Positions 45,996 to 56,200 of a stretch of 64,000 nt of DNA are shown one piece after another. The notes beneath the pieces were generated by a model. It was not told where the DNA came from. It saw nothing but the letters and a program-made list of their open reading frames with translations, and searched no databases. The stretch spans positions 41,180-105,179 of the forward strand of contig JAMPAB010000002.1 in assembly GCA_023667435.1 (NCBI GenBank). The letters are read 5' to 3'. Both the position numbers and the translations under genes were made by a program. How positions within the stretch are numbered: the stretch's first letter is position 1; each line of letters begins with the position of its first letter. This DNA comes from Corallococcus sp. Its GTDB lineage: Bacteria > Bacillota > Clostridia > Christensenellales > CAG-314.

Positions 45996-46025
45996 GGGGC
46001 TGCCGCTATTTATTGCGACAGTCCC
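45996..46025 (+). repeat. second copy of the GGGGCUG(U/C)CGC...UGCGACAG.CCC hairpin family
   Basis: GGGGCTGCCGC (45996-46006) pairs with TGCGACAGTCCC (46014-46025), 10 of 11 positions including one G-U, followed by TTT. It lies 170 nt downstream of pepS. Confidence 0.6.
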
Positions 46026-46145
46026 TTTGCATATGCCGAGTTTTAAAAATATCCTCGAATGACAAATCGTCAATTCAAAATACGAATAACTCACATTCGA
46101 TGGATATTTCTACTGATTGCAAGTCGATTGTTTTTGAGTGTACGA

Positions 46146-46652
46146 TCAATCTCTGTCCTGCATACGACGGTATTCCACGATAATTGCCTGGTCGTCGGTG
46201 GAATTTTTGACCATTTCACGCAGTTGCGGCAACGGGGTTGCAAGCACGTAAACGCCCAAATACCTGTACTCTTCCTGACTTGCCTGACCTTTGCCGCCTT
46301 TAATTTTGGCAAAGACAAAGCGCGGAGTATAATCTTTTTCGTATAGCGTAGCGATATCGATACGATTGAGTTTTGTCCAACACTCTTTGATGCTTTCAAA
46401 GTCTTCGGAAATTTCGTTAGTTATGTTGTTGTTGCCCTTTTGCAAACTGAGATTACTGTACGCCAAAAACCAAACGTTATATCCCTGCGGCGTAACTTTT
46501 TCCGGTTGGGCGTACATATCGCAATTCTGCTTTCCGAAATTTTTAGCGTAAGCTTTGTTCCAATTCATTTTTTCGCACAGATACTCGTAAATTATGCCGG
46601 AATTAGTTTTAGACGGACACTTTGACAATGCTCTTTCCATTTGTTTTTTCAT
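46146..46652 (-). CDS. hypothetical protein (168 aa)
   Basis: A clean ORF with GGAAGGAAAACATT upstream of the ATG. No motif recognised. AT-richer than its neighbours. Confidence 0.6.
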   Translation of the reverse strand: MKKQMERALSKCPSKTNSGIIYEYLCEKMNWNKAYAKNFGKQNCDMYAQPEKVTPQGYNVWFLAYSNLSLQKGNNNITNEISEDFESIKECWTKLNRIDIATLYEKDYTPRFVFAKIKGGKGQASQEEYRYLGVYVLATPLPQLREMVKNSTDDQAIIVEYRRMQDRD

Positions 46653-46695
46653 AATGTTTTCCTTCCTTGATTATATTTATAATTTATTTGATTAC

Positions 46696-47484
46696 TCAAA
46701 AATTCCGATCGGGGATATCGCCTACGCCGTTAAGAATCGTCTTGGGGCGGAAAGGAAACTGCTCGACTGTTTCGCGGGTAGATACTCCCGACAAAACAAG
46801 TACGGGGTAAAGTCCGCTTTCCATTGCGGCGATAATATCGGTATCCATTCTGTCTCCGATCATAGCTACGTCGGGCGAATGTATGCCGACCTTATGAAAA
46901 CGCTCCATTGCCGCTCGCATCATAAGGGGATTAGGCTTGCCTACGTAATAAGCTTTACGGTTAGTGGCGTACTCGATAGGCGCTATAAGCGCTTTGCAAG
47001 CGGGGATTTCGCCGTGCTCCGTAGGCGTAGTTATATCGGCGTTTGTGCCGATTAAACGCGCTCCCTTATTTACAAGCTTAGTTGCTTTTTTGATATTTTC
47101 GAAATTGTAGTTTTCCGTTTCGCCTATTACGACGTATTCGGGATCCACGTCGTTCAACGTAATTCCGACGTCGTACAATGCGTTAGTAAGTCCCGCGTCG
47201 CCTATAACGTAAGCCGACGTTGCGCCTTGACCTTTAAGAAAACTCGCCGTTGCTAGCGCGGCGGTATGAAAATTGTCCTCGCCCACTTCGAGACCCATAC
47301 GCGCAAGCTTTTGTTGAAGTTCCTTAGGCGATTTTTGACTATTATTAGTTAAAAACAAAAACTTCTTCTCGTTTTTGTACAACCATTCTACGAACTCCTT
47401 GACGCCGTCGAGCAATTTATTGCCGTGATAAATAACGCCGTCCATATCGCAAATATAACCTTTTTTACTGCGTAAAATATCCAT
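46696..47484 (-). CDS. HAD-IIA family sugar-phosphatase (NagD-like)
   Basis: I trimmed the start to ATG 47484, which follows GGAGAAG. YICDMDGVIYHG (DxD motif), LFLTNNS and MIGDRMDTDI are present. Confidence 0.85.
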   Translation of the reverse strand: MDILRSKKGYICDMDGVIYHGNKLLDGVKEFVEWLYKNEKKFLFLTNNSQKSPKELQQKLARMGLEVGEDNFHTAALATASFLKGQGATSAYVIGDAGLTNALYDVGITLNDVDPEYVVIGETENYNFENIKKATKLVNKGARLIGTNADITTPTEHGEIPACKALIAPIEYATNRKAYYVGKPNPLMMRAAMERFHKVGIHSPDVAMIGDRMDTDIIAAMESGLYPVLVLSGVSTRETVEQFPFRPKTILNGVGDIPDRNF

Positions 47485-47597
47485 ATTCTTCTCCTTCGGC
47501 AAGATTTTACTACAATTACGTAAAAAAATCAAGCTTATTCGAAGTGCAAAAATCGGATATAATTTTAGACGCGTTGATATTTCTTTTACCAAAATAC

Positions 47598-47626
47598 TTT
47601 ACTTGTAGTTAAAATTGTGTTAGAAT
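47598..47626 (+). promoter_or_regulatory. promoter of tRNA-Ser
   Basis: TTTACT (47598-47603), 17-nt spacer ending in TGT, then TAGAAT (47621-47626), ~38 nt before the tRNA 5' end. Confidence 0.5.
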
Positions 47627-47663
47627 AATTTGGCAAACAAATATGAGCTGATGACCGGAACAT

Positions 47664-47754
47664 GGAGAAATACCCAAGTGGCCGAAGGGGCGCCCCTGCT
47701 AAGGGTGTAGTACGTGTAAGCGTAGCGAGGGTTCAAATCCCTCTTTCTCCGCCA
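47664..47754 (+). tRNA. tRNA-Ser (anticodon GCU), CCA encoded
   Basis: Manual fold: acceptor GGAGAAA pairs with TTTCTCC. Anticodon stem CGCCC pairs with GGGTG around loop CTGCTAA. There is a long variable arm. The T-arm is GAGGG-TTCAAAT-CCCTC. Discriminator G plus CCA follow. Confidence 0.9.
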
Positions 47755-47779
47755 ACGACGCTAGCTCGTTTGCAATCGC

Positions 47780-47817
47780 AACGCGTCGAACTTTAAAAGT
47801 TCGACGCGTTGTTTTTT
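47780..47817 (+). terminator. tRNA-Ser terminator
   Basis: AACGCGTCGAAC (47780-47791) pairs with GTTCGACGCGTT (47799-47810), a 12-bp perfect stem, followed by GTTTTTTTG. Confidence 0.85.
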
Positions 47818-48005
47818 TGCTGATTTTTAGCGCGGCATTGCGTAATTATTGTCTTGCGGTGTTTGCGCGCCGACAAAAACTCCGTTGCAGAAACAGGATG
47901 ACAAATAAACTACTCTATGATAAAATAAGATTACGGCTTTTATTGATTAACAAAAGCTTGCCGCTATGTCAATACTGCAATTCAACTTTCTGAAGGAGCA
48001 AAAAA

Positions 48006-48692
48006 ATGGAAAGATGCGTTACCACGCTGTTTATGTTAACTTCGCTGGACGGTAAAATCAGTACGGGTTCTACAAACGAAACGGACTTCGACAAAGATTT
48101 TCCTGCGATCGACGGCGTCAAGCAGGGACTTCGACAATACTACGACATAGAACAAACAACCGATTTGTGGTCGCTTATTTCCGGCAAAACGCAAGCGAAG
48201 CTTGGCGTAAACGAAAAACCGCTGCCGAAAAGCAAAGGTCCCGTATCGTTTGTATTGATAGACAACAACAATCTTACGCAAAGAGGGGTAGAATATTTTT
48301 GCGCGCTGTCGCAAACGTTCGTACTCGTTACGGTAAACCCGAATCACCCTTCGTTCAACGTGAAAGAAACAAATTTACATATCGTTTTGCAAGAGCACTT
48401 AAATATGGCGGACGTTTTCCGCCGTTTAAAATGCGAATACGGCTGCGAAAGAATCACCGTACAAACGGGAGGAACGTTAAACGCATTGATGCTCCGCGAA
48501 AAGCTTATAGACTACGTCGATATAGTAGTCGCGCCCGTGCTGGTAGGAGGGAAAGACACGCCTTCTTTAATCGACGGAGAATCGTTTACGAACGTTTCGC
48601 AATTATGCGACGTTGCCCCGTTGGAGCTGCTGAAAGTCCGACAACTCCGAGATTCCTATTTGCGTCTTACGTACCGAACGCTAAAACGATAA
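48006..48692 (+). CDS. RibD C-terminal domain / dihydrofolate-reductase-like family protein
   Basis: MLTSLDGKISTG..., ITVQTGGTLNALMLREKLIDYVDIVVAPVLVGG. 228 aa. Confidence 0.75.
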   Translation: MERCVTTLFMLTSLDGKISTGSTNETDFDKDFPAIDGVKQGLRQYYDIEQTTDLWSLISGKTQAKLGVNEKPLPKSKGPVSFVLIDNNNLTQRGVEYFCALSQTFVLVTVNPNHPSFNVKETNLHIVLQEHLNMADVFRRLKCEYGCERITVQTGGTLNALMLREKLIDYVDIVVAPVLVGGKDTPSLIDGESFTNVSQLCDVAPLELLKVRQLRDSYLRLTYRTLKR

Positions 48693-48787
48693 CGCCGAAA
48701 TTTTGAGAAATCTCCGAATTTTATTACGCATAATATATTATCCGAAAGCTTACGAGCCTAATCCTATTTGCAATCGACGTAATACAA

Positions 48788-48826
48788 ACAGAGACGGATC
48801 TTACGGCAAGCAAGACCCGTCTCTGT
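48788..48826. terminator. hairpin between convergent genes
   Basis: ACAGAGACGG (48788-48797) pairs with CCGTCTCTGT (48817-48826) across a 19-nt loop. T-rich sequence follows on the minus strand (TTTGTATT). Confidence 0.55.
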
Positions 48827-48875
48827 TAATTGAAAATTTCATTTTTTACTTTTTATATTTATATTTTCGAAGAAA

Positions 48876-51134
48876 TCAAATTCCCAAACACTTTACGTAT
48901 TTGTAAATAAACCTACGGATTTTGCTTCCGTTGGACGATATCGCTTCCGCAACGGATGAAATGTAATGTTCCACAAACTTCCTTTCGTTTACGCTCAAAT
49001 TTCTTCCGCCGTACACGCTGCGCTCTATCAACTCCACAAAACGGCGCGTATCTTCTGCCGCCACGCCGCATTTAGCGAGCGTATCTTCGCTAAAACCGCC
49101 TATCGCTTTGCAGTCGCGTTCCACAATGGAATATGCCGCGCGGCCGTACTGCTCTCCCTCGCTATTTAACAGCTGTCGCCGTTTTGCAAAGCAAATCCGC
49201 CGTATTACAACTATCACAAGGATAATTGCCGCAACAGCCAAAAGAGCGCCTGATACGGGCGTCAGGACTTTAAGAACTGCAAGCAGCTTCGCCTCCTCAG
49301 GAGTAAGCGGCTCTATCGGTTCTATTATCGGAGGCGGATTCGGATCGTCCGGTTTTATCGGTTCGGCGGGAGGGACGATAGGCTCGACGGGATCCTCTAT
49401 ATGATCGGGATCGGTCGGGTCTACGTCGGTATCTTTTTCCTCTTCGGAGTAATACGTAGGCGTAACCTCTATAGGCAGCCATCCCATACCCTCGAAATAC
49501 ACTTCCGTCCACGCGTGAGCGTTATTGCCCGTAATTTCCAAATCGGTAACATCGCCCGTACCCGTATAACGCACAAGATAACCTTCGACGTATCTTGCGG
49601 CGAAACCGTAACTTCGGAAAATGTACGTAGCTGCAGTAGCGAAATACGCGGAATTGGCTTTGCTTATACCGTTGCCGAAAAACTCGGCGATAAAATCGTC
49701 CTCTATTGCATCGGGCGTATCCGAATATTGAAAGAATTCCGAAAAATACGCTCGAATTTGCTGAGTTGCGGTACTTATGACGCTGCCTCTGAAATCGAAA
49801 GCGTTATCGATAGCCTGCAAAGTTTCGGGGGAAATTTCCGAATAGACCTTCGTCGCAAAGTTGCGGTACTCGTTTTCGAGAACGAGATATTCGCGCATCT
49901 GCTGCGTTCTGTCGGCGCCGCTTTCCAACCACTTCGCCTGCGTAACGCGTTCGCTGCTTCTGTCCCCCGTAAACACAGTGTATTCGTAAGTAGACGGCGT
50001 AAACAAATTACTGCGCAAATTCAAATCGTAAAACTGCGAACCGTTGGAATATTCTTTTACGGCGTACGGAGCGTACACGTATTTGCGGTTTGCCGAAACG
50101 TTTTTTACCGTTACGGAATAACTGTTGTCGTTTCCGCTTACACTGCCGTAATCGGCGAACTGAGTGGACGTCTCCATTCCGTTAGCCTTCAAAAATGACA
50201 GCAGCCCTTGATAATCGTCCTGAACGTAAGTATTCCTGTCCGTCACACGCCATTTGTTATCGGAAAAATCACTGCCTACAAAACCTTTCAAATACAATAT
50301 CGGCGTATCCGCGCTCAGACTTACCGTCAATTTAACGTCCTTAGAAGAACGCATCCCGTACGAATTTTTTATTTTACCTTCGGGCAGACTGTCCGAACCG
50401 TAAATAATGTTTTCTGCCTTATTTATAAAATCCGTTCTGAAACCCGCAACGACGCTGCTGCCTTTGTATAAATAGCAGGGAATAAGCCCCGTCAATAATA
50501 CGGCGGCGCAAACAAGATAGCAGATTCCCGCTTTTAAGTTAAATTCCCTATCCGACAACAGCAATCCGACAATCGAAAGTATCAACAAAGCGACTGCAAA
50601 CACCTGCGGAAACAATCCCAAACAAAGCCATACGATAACCGTAACCGCCGAAACGATAATATATGCCAAACTGTGCCTATCAAACAGCAAAGTCGCTCCA
50701 AATGCAAGCCAAACGGCCAAAACGGAAGCAAACGTGAAGTCGGATGCGTTCGAAACCGCAACGTTGAATGACCTGAAACCCCAGTGAAGATTTTGATTGG
50801 CAGCCGCAGATACGTAATTAAAAAAAGTCAACACGCCGTTTACGAAAGACTGTATATCCGCCAATACGCACACTGCCGTATACAGAATCGCCGCAGAAAG
50901 AGTAATTATACGTGCAACGATCCTTCTGCGTTTATTTTTGAAAAACAAGCATGCAACTACAACCGGAACGCCCATAATAAACGCGCTCATATACGCGGCG
51001 TTCAAACTCAACGCCGACATAAGCGTAAGATAAAGCGACGCAAAAGTCAAGACGCCGATAACAATCTTGAATATCGTCGTTTCTTTGCCGAGCGCGGCTT
51101 TCATTATTACGTTTTTTTTCGTTGCTTTTGCCAT
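48876..51134 (-). CDS. TgpA-like polytopic membrane protein with a transglutaminase-like core (non-canonical triad) and a DUF4129-like C-terminus
   Basis: About 6 N-terminal TM helices. The core reads NSAYFATAATYIFRSYGFAARYVEGY ... NNAHAWTEVYFEGMGWLPIEVTP. It is followed by a Pro-rich linker, a TM helix and a C-terminal helical domain. It is the last gene of the MoxR/DUF58 operon. Confidence 0.8.
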   Translation of the reverse strand: MAKATKKNVIMKAALGKETTIFKIVIGVLTFASLYLTLMSALSLNAAYMSAFIMGVPVVVACLFFKNKRRRIVARIITLSAAILYTAVCVLADIQSFVNGVLTFFNYVSAAANQNLHWGFRSFNVAVSNASDFTFASVLAVWLAFGATLLFDRHSLAYIIVSAVTVIVWLCLGLFPQVFAVALLILSIVGLLLSDREFNLKAGICYLVCAAVLLTGLIPCYLYKGSSVVAGFRTDFINKAENIIYGSDSLPEGKIKNSYGMRSSKDVKLTVSLSADTPILYLKGFVGSDFSDNKWRVTDRNTYVQDDYQGLLSFLKANGMETSTQFADYGSVSGNDNSYSVTVKNVSANRKYVYAPYAVKEYSNGSQFYDLNLRSNLFTPSTYEYTVFTGDRSSERVTQAKWLESGADRTQQMREYLVLENEYRNFATKVYSEISPETLQAIDNAFDFRGSVISTATQQIRAYFSEFFQYSDTPDAIEDDFIAEFFGNGISKANSAYFATAATYIFRSYGFAARYVEGYLVRYTGTGDVTDLEITGNNAHAWTEVYFEGMGWLPIEVTPTYYSEEEKDTDVDPTDPDHIEDPVEPIVPPAEPIKPDDPNPPPIIEPIEPLTPEEAKLLAVLKVLTPVSGALLAVAAIILVIVVIRRICFAKRRQLLNSEGEQYGRAAYSIVERDCKAIGGFSEDTLAKCGVAAEDTRRFVELIERSVYGGRNLSVNERKFVEHYISSVAEAISSNGSKIRRFIYKYVKCLGI

Positions 51135-51156
51135 TGTTTTTTTTATTCTGAAAAAA

Positions 51157-52311
51157 TTAAAGTTCCATTGTCGACAACGTCGCTTTGAGCTGCTGCGAGG
51201 AAACTTCTATAACTTTAATAGTTCCTTCGTCGTACTGCCCGACCATATCGTTTACCGCAAGAACGGTCATGTCCAATCCGCGATGTTCTTTCAGTTCGGC
51301 GCTGCTTACGGACGACGTTACGAATATTATTTTCGTAAACGACGCGCACGCTTCCTCTCGGGAAAAATAGAACAACGTTTCTGTGTTTCCTTCCTCCACC
51401 TTAATGCTCATAAGCGCGTACACCATAGAAACGAAAGAATCGCTGTCCGACACTTCGGATGAATAAAACGAACCGTCGTTAAACCAACCTACGCTGTGCG
51501 CGTACTTTTCCATCTTCAATGCGTCCGAAATAGACACGGCAATATCCAACACCGCATTAAGCTGTTCGTCGGAAGCAACGTTATTTTCTTTGTTGCGGCT
51601 CATATCCACCAATATCAGCGTATGATGATCGTCTGTGCTTCCGTATTCCTTCGACACAAGGCTGTCAAACTTACTCGATAATTTCCAGTGGACGGAATTC
51701 AAAGCGTCGCCCGGAACGTAATCGCGAATATCGAAAATTTCCGAATGATCGTTTCCTTTTTGAGGCAAAGAGTTTTCGCCCGAAAGAGACGCTCGCGTTT
51801 TAATGCCTATATGCGTTTGAATATCGTCGTACAGCACGGGCGACACTATAGATTCGGCAAAATCGGCGCGTTTAACGCTTAGAGAACAAATCCCCAGCAA
51901 ATCTATAAGCTGCAATTTTTTAAAACGAACGTTAATTCTGCCCGAATCGGCGCTTTTGAAATCATACGTGTGCGGAGCATACGACAAATCGTTAAACACG
52001 AAGCTTCTGCAAGTTGTTTTGTGAAATGTCGTATTTTCGATTTCCGCGATAACTTTTACGCAACCTGCCAACACGCGGGGTCTGAGTCCTACGCGCATAG
52101 TGATTTGAAGCGAACCGCCGCGTATGCAAGAATCGCGCGTTTCGTAATCGAAACGCACGCGGTTTCTTGCGAAAAGCAACGCGACGAAAGACGTCAGCGG
52201 AAAAAGTATTAAGCATATCAAAAAGAATAATGCTACGCCGCTGTCCGTCAAAATAAACGCCGCGATAGACGCAAGCAGAGTTATAGCGTAAAAAATTCGT
52301 CTGAAAAGCAT
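51157..52311 (-). CDS. DUF58 family protein
   Basis: Two N-terminal TM helices are present. DIRDYVPGDALNSVHWKLSSKFDSLVSKEY is the hallmark DUF58 motif. It lies 6 nt after moxR. Confidence 0.85.
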   Translation of the reverse strand: MLFRRIFYAITLLASIAAFILTDSGVALFFLICLILFPLTSFVALLFARNRVRFDYETRDSCIRGGSLQITMRVGLRPRVLAGCVKVIAEIENTTFHKTTCRSFVFNDLSYAPHTYDFKSADSGRINVRFKKLQLIDLLGICSLSVKRADFAESIVSPVLYDDIQTHIGIKTRASLSGENSLPQKGNDHSEIFDIRDYVPGDALNSVHWKLSSKFDSLVSKEYGSTDDHHTLILVDMSRNKENNVASDEQLNAVLDIAVSISDALKMEKYAHSVGWFNDGSFYSSEVSDSDSFVSMVYALMSIKVEEGNTETLFYFSREEACASFTKIIFVTSSVSSAELKEHRGLDMTVLAVNDMVGQYDEGTIKVIEVSSQQLKATLSTMEL

Positions 52312-52317
52312 AGTCTA

Positions 52318-53256
52318 TTACTTACCCATTGACGGTACGGGAGTATTTTTGAGAATATCTGCCAAAATCGCGCGAGAAGTCAGTCCTTCCAACTTTGCGC
52401 GCGGACGAAGTATAAGACGGTGCGCGCATACGTCGGCAAATACGTCGGCGACGTCGGAGGGGATAACGTAATCGCGTTCGGACAGAATCGCGCAGGCGCG
52501 TACCATACGCGACAAAGCGATAAGTCCGCGAGGACTTACTCCCAACTCGATAAGCGGATTGTTTCGCGTAGCTTCGCACAGCGCAACCATATATTTCAGT
52601 ATTTCCTCCGACACTTTTACCGAGCCGAGATAATTCTGAATTTCCACGATACTGTCGCGATCGGTAATGCACGTTAACGAATCGATAGGATCGCTTTCGT
52701 GATGGCGGCGCAGAATTTCTACTTGCTCGTCGGAATCGGGATAACCTATCGAAAGCTTAACCATAAATCTGTCTAACTGCGATTCGGGCAACGGTTGCGT
52801 TCCCAAAGAACCCGACGGGTTCTGAGTCGCGATACAGATAAACGGAGACGGCAGTCTGTGCGTTACGCCGTCTATCGTTACGCAGTTTTCCTCCATCGCT
52901 TCCAACAATGCGGACTGTGTTTTTGCGGACGTACGGTTGATTTCGTCGCCCATAAACAGATTGCAGAATATGGCGCCTTGCTTGTAATCGAATTCTCCCG
53001 TAGTCTTGTTGTATACCGTAAAACCGATTATATCCGACGGCATCGTATCGGGCGTAAACTGAACGCGTTTAAAGTCCAGACCCAACGTCTTGGCAAACGC
53101 CAGAGCTAGCGTAGTTTTACCTACGCCGGGATTATCCTCCAACAAGATGTTACCCTTAGCGTACACCGCCATCAGTACCTTGCGTACTACTTCTTCCTTA
53201 CCTACGATTACTTTACCGATATTTTTAATAATGGATTCGGATTTTTCAATAATCAT
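52318..53256 (-). CDS. MoxR-family AAA+ ATPase
   Basis: LLEDNPGVGKTTLA (Walker A) and LFMGDEINRTSAKTQSALLEAMEE (Walker B/sensor) are present. I trimmed the start to ATG 53256, which overlaps the upstream stop (ATGA). Confidence 0.9.
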   Translation of the reverse strand: MIIEKSESIIKNIGKVIVGKEEVVRKVLMAVYAKGNILLEDNPGVGKTTLALAFAKTLGLDFKRVQFTPDTMPSDIIGFTVYNKTTGEFDYKQGAIFCNLFMGDEINRTSAKTQSALLEAMEENCVTIDGVTHRLPSPFICIATQNPSGSLGTQPLPESQLDRFMVKLSIGYPDSDEQVEILRRHHESDPIDSLTCITDRDSIVEIQNYLGSVKVSEEILKYMVALCEATRNNPLIELGVSPRGLIALSRMVRACAILSERDYVIPSDVADVFADVCAHRLILRPRAKLEGLTSRAILADILKNTPVPSMGK

Positions 53257-56200
53257 TCTTCTTCCTCGCTTGTTATACTTTCCCAAGAAACGGGATTTCC
53301 GTCTTCGTCTATAAAGAACCACTTATATCCGTCGGGGGGCGGCAGTTCCGTTTCCTCCTCGCTATACAAATAGCGGTCGATACCTTCTTTGTCGTTATTG
53401 TAATATTTACCCGTAGTTCCGACGGGACAACCGTGCGTTAAATATTCGATATTTACGGAATGAGCTCCGCCCGCGAGCAGCGCGTTAAGTTCGTCCTCCG
53501 TCATCTTGAAGAACACGGATTCGATGCCGTATTGACCGTAGAAAGCGTAACTCTCGATCGTCGTCATTTTGTCGTACAGCAATACCGTTTTGAGGACGGC
53601 GCAGCAACGCGTTTCCTGAGAATCTGACGTATCTATGCTGTTTGCAAAGGAGAACGCTCTTTCGCCGATTTTTTCCAGACTTTCCGAACCGTAGAAAGTT
53701 TCCAGTTTTCGACATTCGTAAAACGCATATTTACCAATAGTTTTAACGTTTTCGGGAAGTCGGATATTTGTTAAAGTAGCGTGATAAGCAAACGCCCAGT
53801 CTCCTATTTCCGTCACATCTTCGAGAATATCCAAATCGACAAGTCCGTTCTTTGCCGCAGCCAAATACAGTTTTTTGCCGTCTTTGGAATACAGCACGTT
53901 GTTTACGACTTTAAAATACGGGTTATCTGCGCTTACCGAAATCGTTTCCAAAACCTTCAACGTAGAAAACGCCGTAGTGTCTATCGTTTTTACTCCTCTG
54001 CCGATAGAAATGCTTGCAAGCTTCGAGCAGGAATTGAACGCTTTTGCGCCTATGCTTTCGACGCTGTCGGGAATAACGACGCTTGTTATCACGTTGTTAT
54101 TCATAAACGACGCGCTGCCGATTTCCTTCGTTCCGTCGGGAATCGCAACCTCTTTTACAAGTCCCATAGACAGTACAAGCGATTCGCCTTGATAAACAAG
54201 GTCGCCCGAATATTCGTACGTTTCGTTTTCCGCGTCTATCGAAAACGTCTTTATACCCGTACAGCTAAGCAGTATATTGGAACCTATTTTCGTGACCGAT
54301 GCGGGTATGGTCATTGCCGTCAACTTTGTGGAATTGTAAAACGTTGCTTTACCCAGATTTTCGATACCGTCGTTTAGCGTAAACGACGTGACTTTCGTCA
54401 GATTATGCGCCGAATACGGCAAGGTGATGCGAGTTTCTTCGGGAAGAACTACCGACGTACTGTCGTATGCCGACGGAACGGCGTACAACACAGCGAAATC
54501 GTCGTATGTTTTATTGCCTGCTTTTTTTCCGAAAAGCATACCGTCGATAATCTTGAAATTGACGTTGTTCTCCGCAACGGTAATTGTCGTAAGTTTTCTC
54601 GTAGCATACAGGACGGGTTCGATTACTCCGAATTCTTCGGGATCGTCGTCGTCAAACGGATAATTACCGAAAGTAACAACGTTCGGACCCAAATGCAAAC
54701 TCGTAAGATTAGCGCAAGAAGCGAATGCATATCCGCCTACGTTAATTACGCTGTCCGGCAGAACGACGTTTTCCAACCCGTAATAAACCGTTTGATTATC
54801 GCTGTTTTTCGCGCTTGTTCCGCAGCTTCTGAACGCGCTGAAGCCTATATCGGTCAAAACCTCGCTCCACGTAACGTCGGCAAGATGCGTACATTGACCG
54901 AACGCGCGTTCGCCTATTTCCGTAACCTTGTTTAAATCGACGCTCGTAAGCGTTGTGATATAGTAGAAGCAATAATCGGGAATATCCGTTATATTATCGG
55001 GAATAGTCAGAGTTTCAAGAGACGTTTCTTGGAAACAGCGTGTGGACAGTTCCGAAAGATTGGGACATACGGATAAGTCTATCGACGTAATCTTACTTTT
55101 GAAAAACGCGTTGTTTCCCATCGTTACCAGACTCGACGGCAAAGTTATTTCGGTAAATCCGCAGCTTTTGAACGCGCTCGCGCTTATCGTTTCCACGCCG
55201 TCGGGTATAGAGAAGTTTGTAAGATTGATGCAACCGGAAAACGCGGAGGATCCTATATATGTGATACTGTCGGACAAAACGACGTTGTTGAGACTTTCGC
55301 AATTATAGAACAAATACGACGGAATAGCGTGTTCCAACGCAAGTCTGCGACCGCCGTCGCTGAACGTAATATCGCCCAAACCCTCAACGCTTTCGAGAGA
55401 CGTACATTCGTAGAATACGGACGAAGCCAGCTGTTTTAACGAAGCGGGAAGCGTTACGCTCTTTAACGACGAACAACCTGAAAACGCCGATTCGCCTATA
55501 CTTTCCAACTCGTCGCCCAAATCGACGGACACAAGCTTGTCGCAACCGTTAAACGCGTCGCCATCGATGCTTACCGTGCCTTCTTTTACGGTATAGGAAG
55601 TCATTTTTCTGTCTACTACGAGATTGAGATTGTATTTGTTGCTTCCGCCCGCATTAGGCATAGACACGTACAAGGCGTGACCGTCGCTGTCGCTTAGCGA
55701 CGTTCCGACAAATACGCCCGAATTGATAGAGACAATTCCTTTGCAGCCCGTAACGCTGCTTAACGTAGAATAGTAGAAACAGTAATTGTTAAGCGTAGTA
55801 ACGCTGTCGGGAATATCCAACGCAACTATGTTCCAATATGCGCACGAATAAGAGTCGATAACGTTAAGATCCTCGTGGAACGTTACTTGCAACGAACTTG
55901 CGGGCATCAGATACAGTCTGGAATAATCTTTGGAATACAGTCCCGAGTTAAACGACGAGTACCACTCGCTGCCCGAATCTACCGTTATTTCTTCCAAACC
56001 GTAAGTATTTAAGGCGTTGCTGGAAGACAACGCCATTCTGGCGGTAGAGGGAAGTCTCAACTTTTTGAATTTAACGGGATTTGCGTCGGATACGTTACTG
56101 AAAACCTTCGCCAAATCGACGTACGTTACCCCTTCGGGCACAACTACTTCGTCGGTAGCTTCGCCGGTATATCCTTCGAATACGCGTCTGTTGGCGTCGT

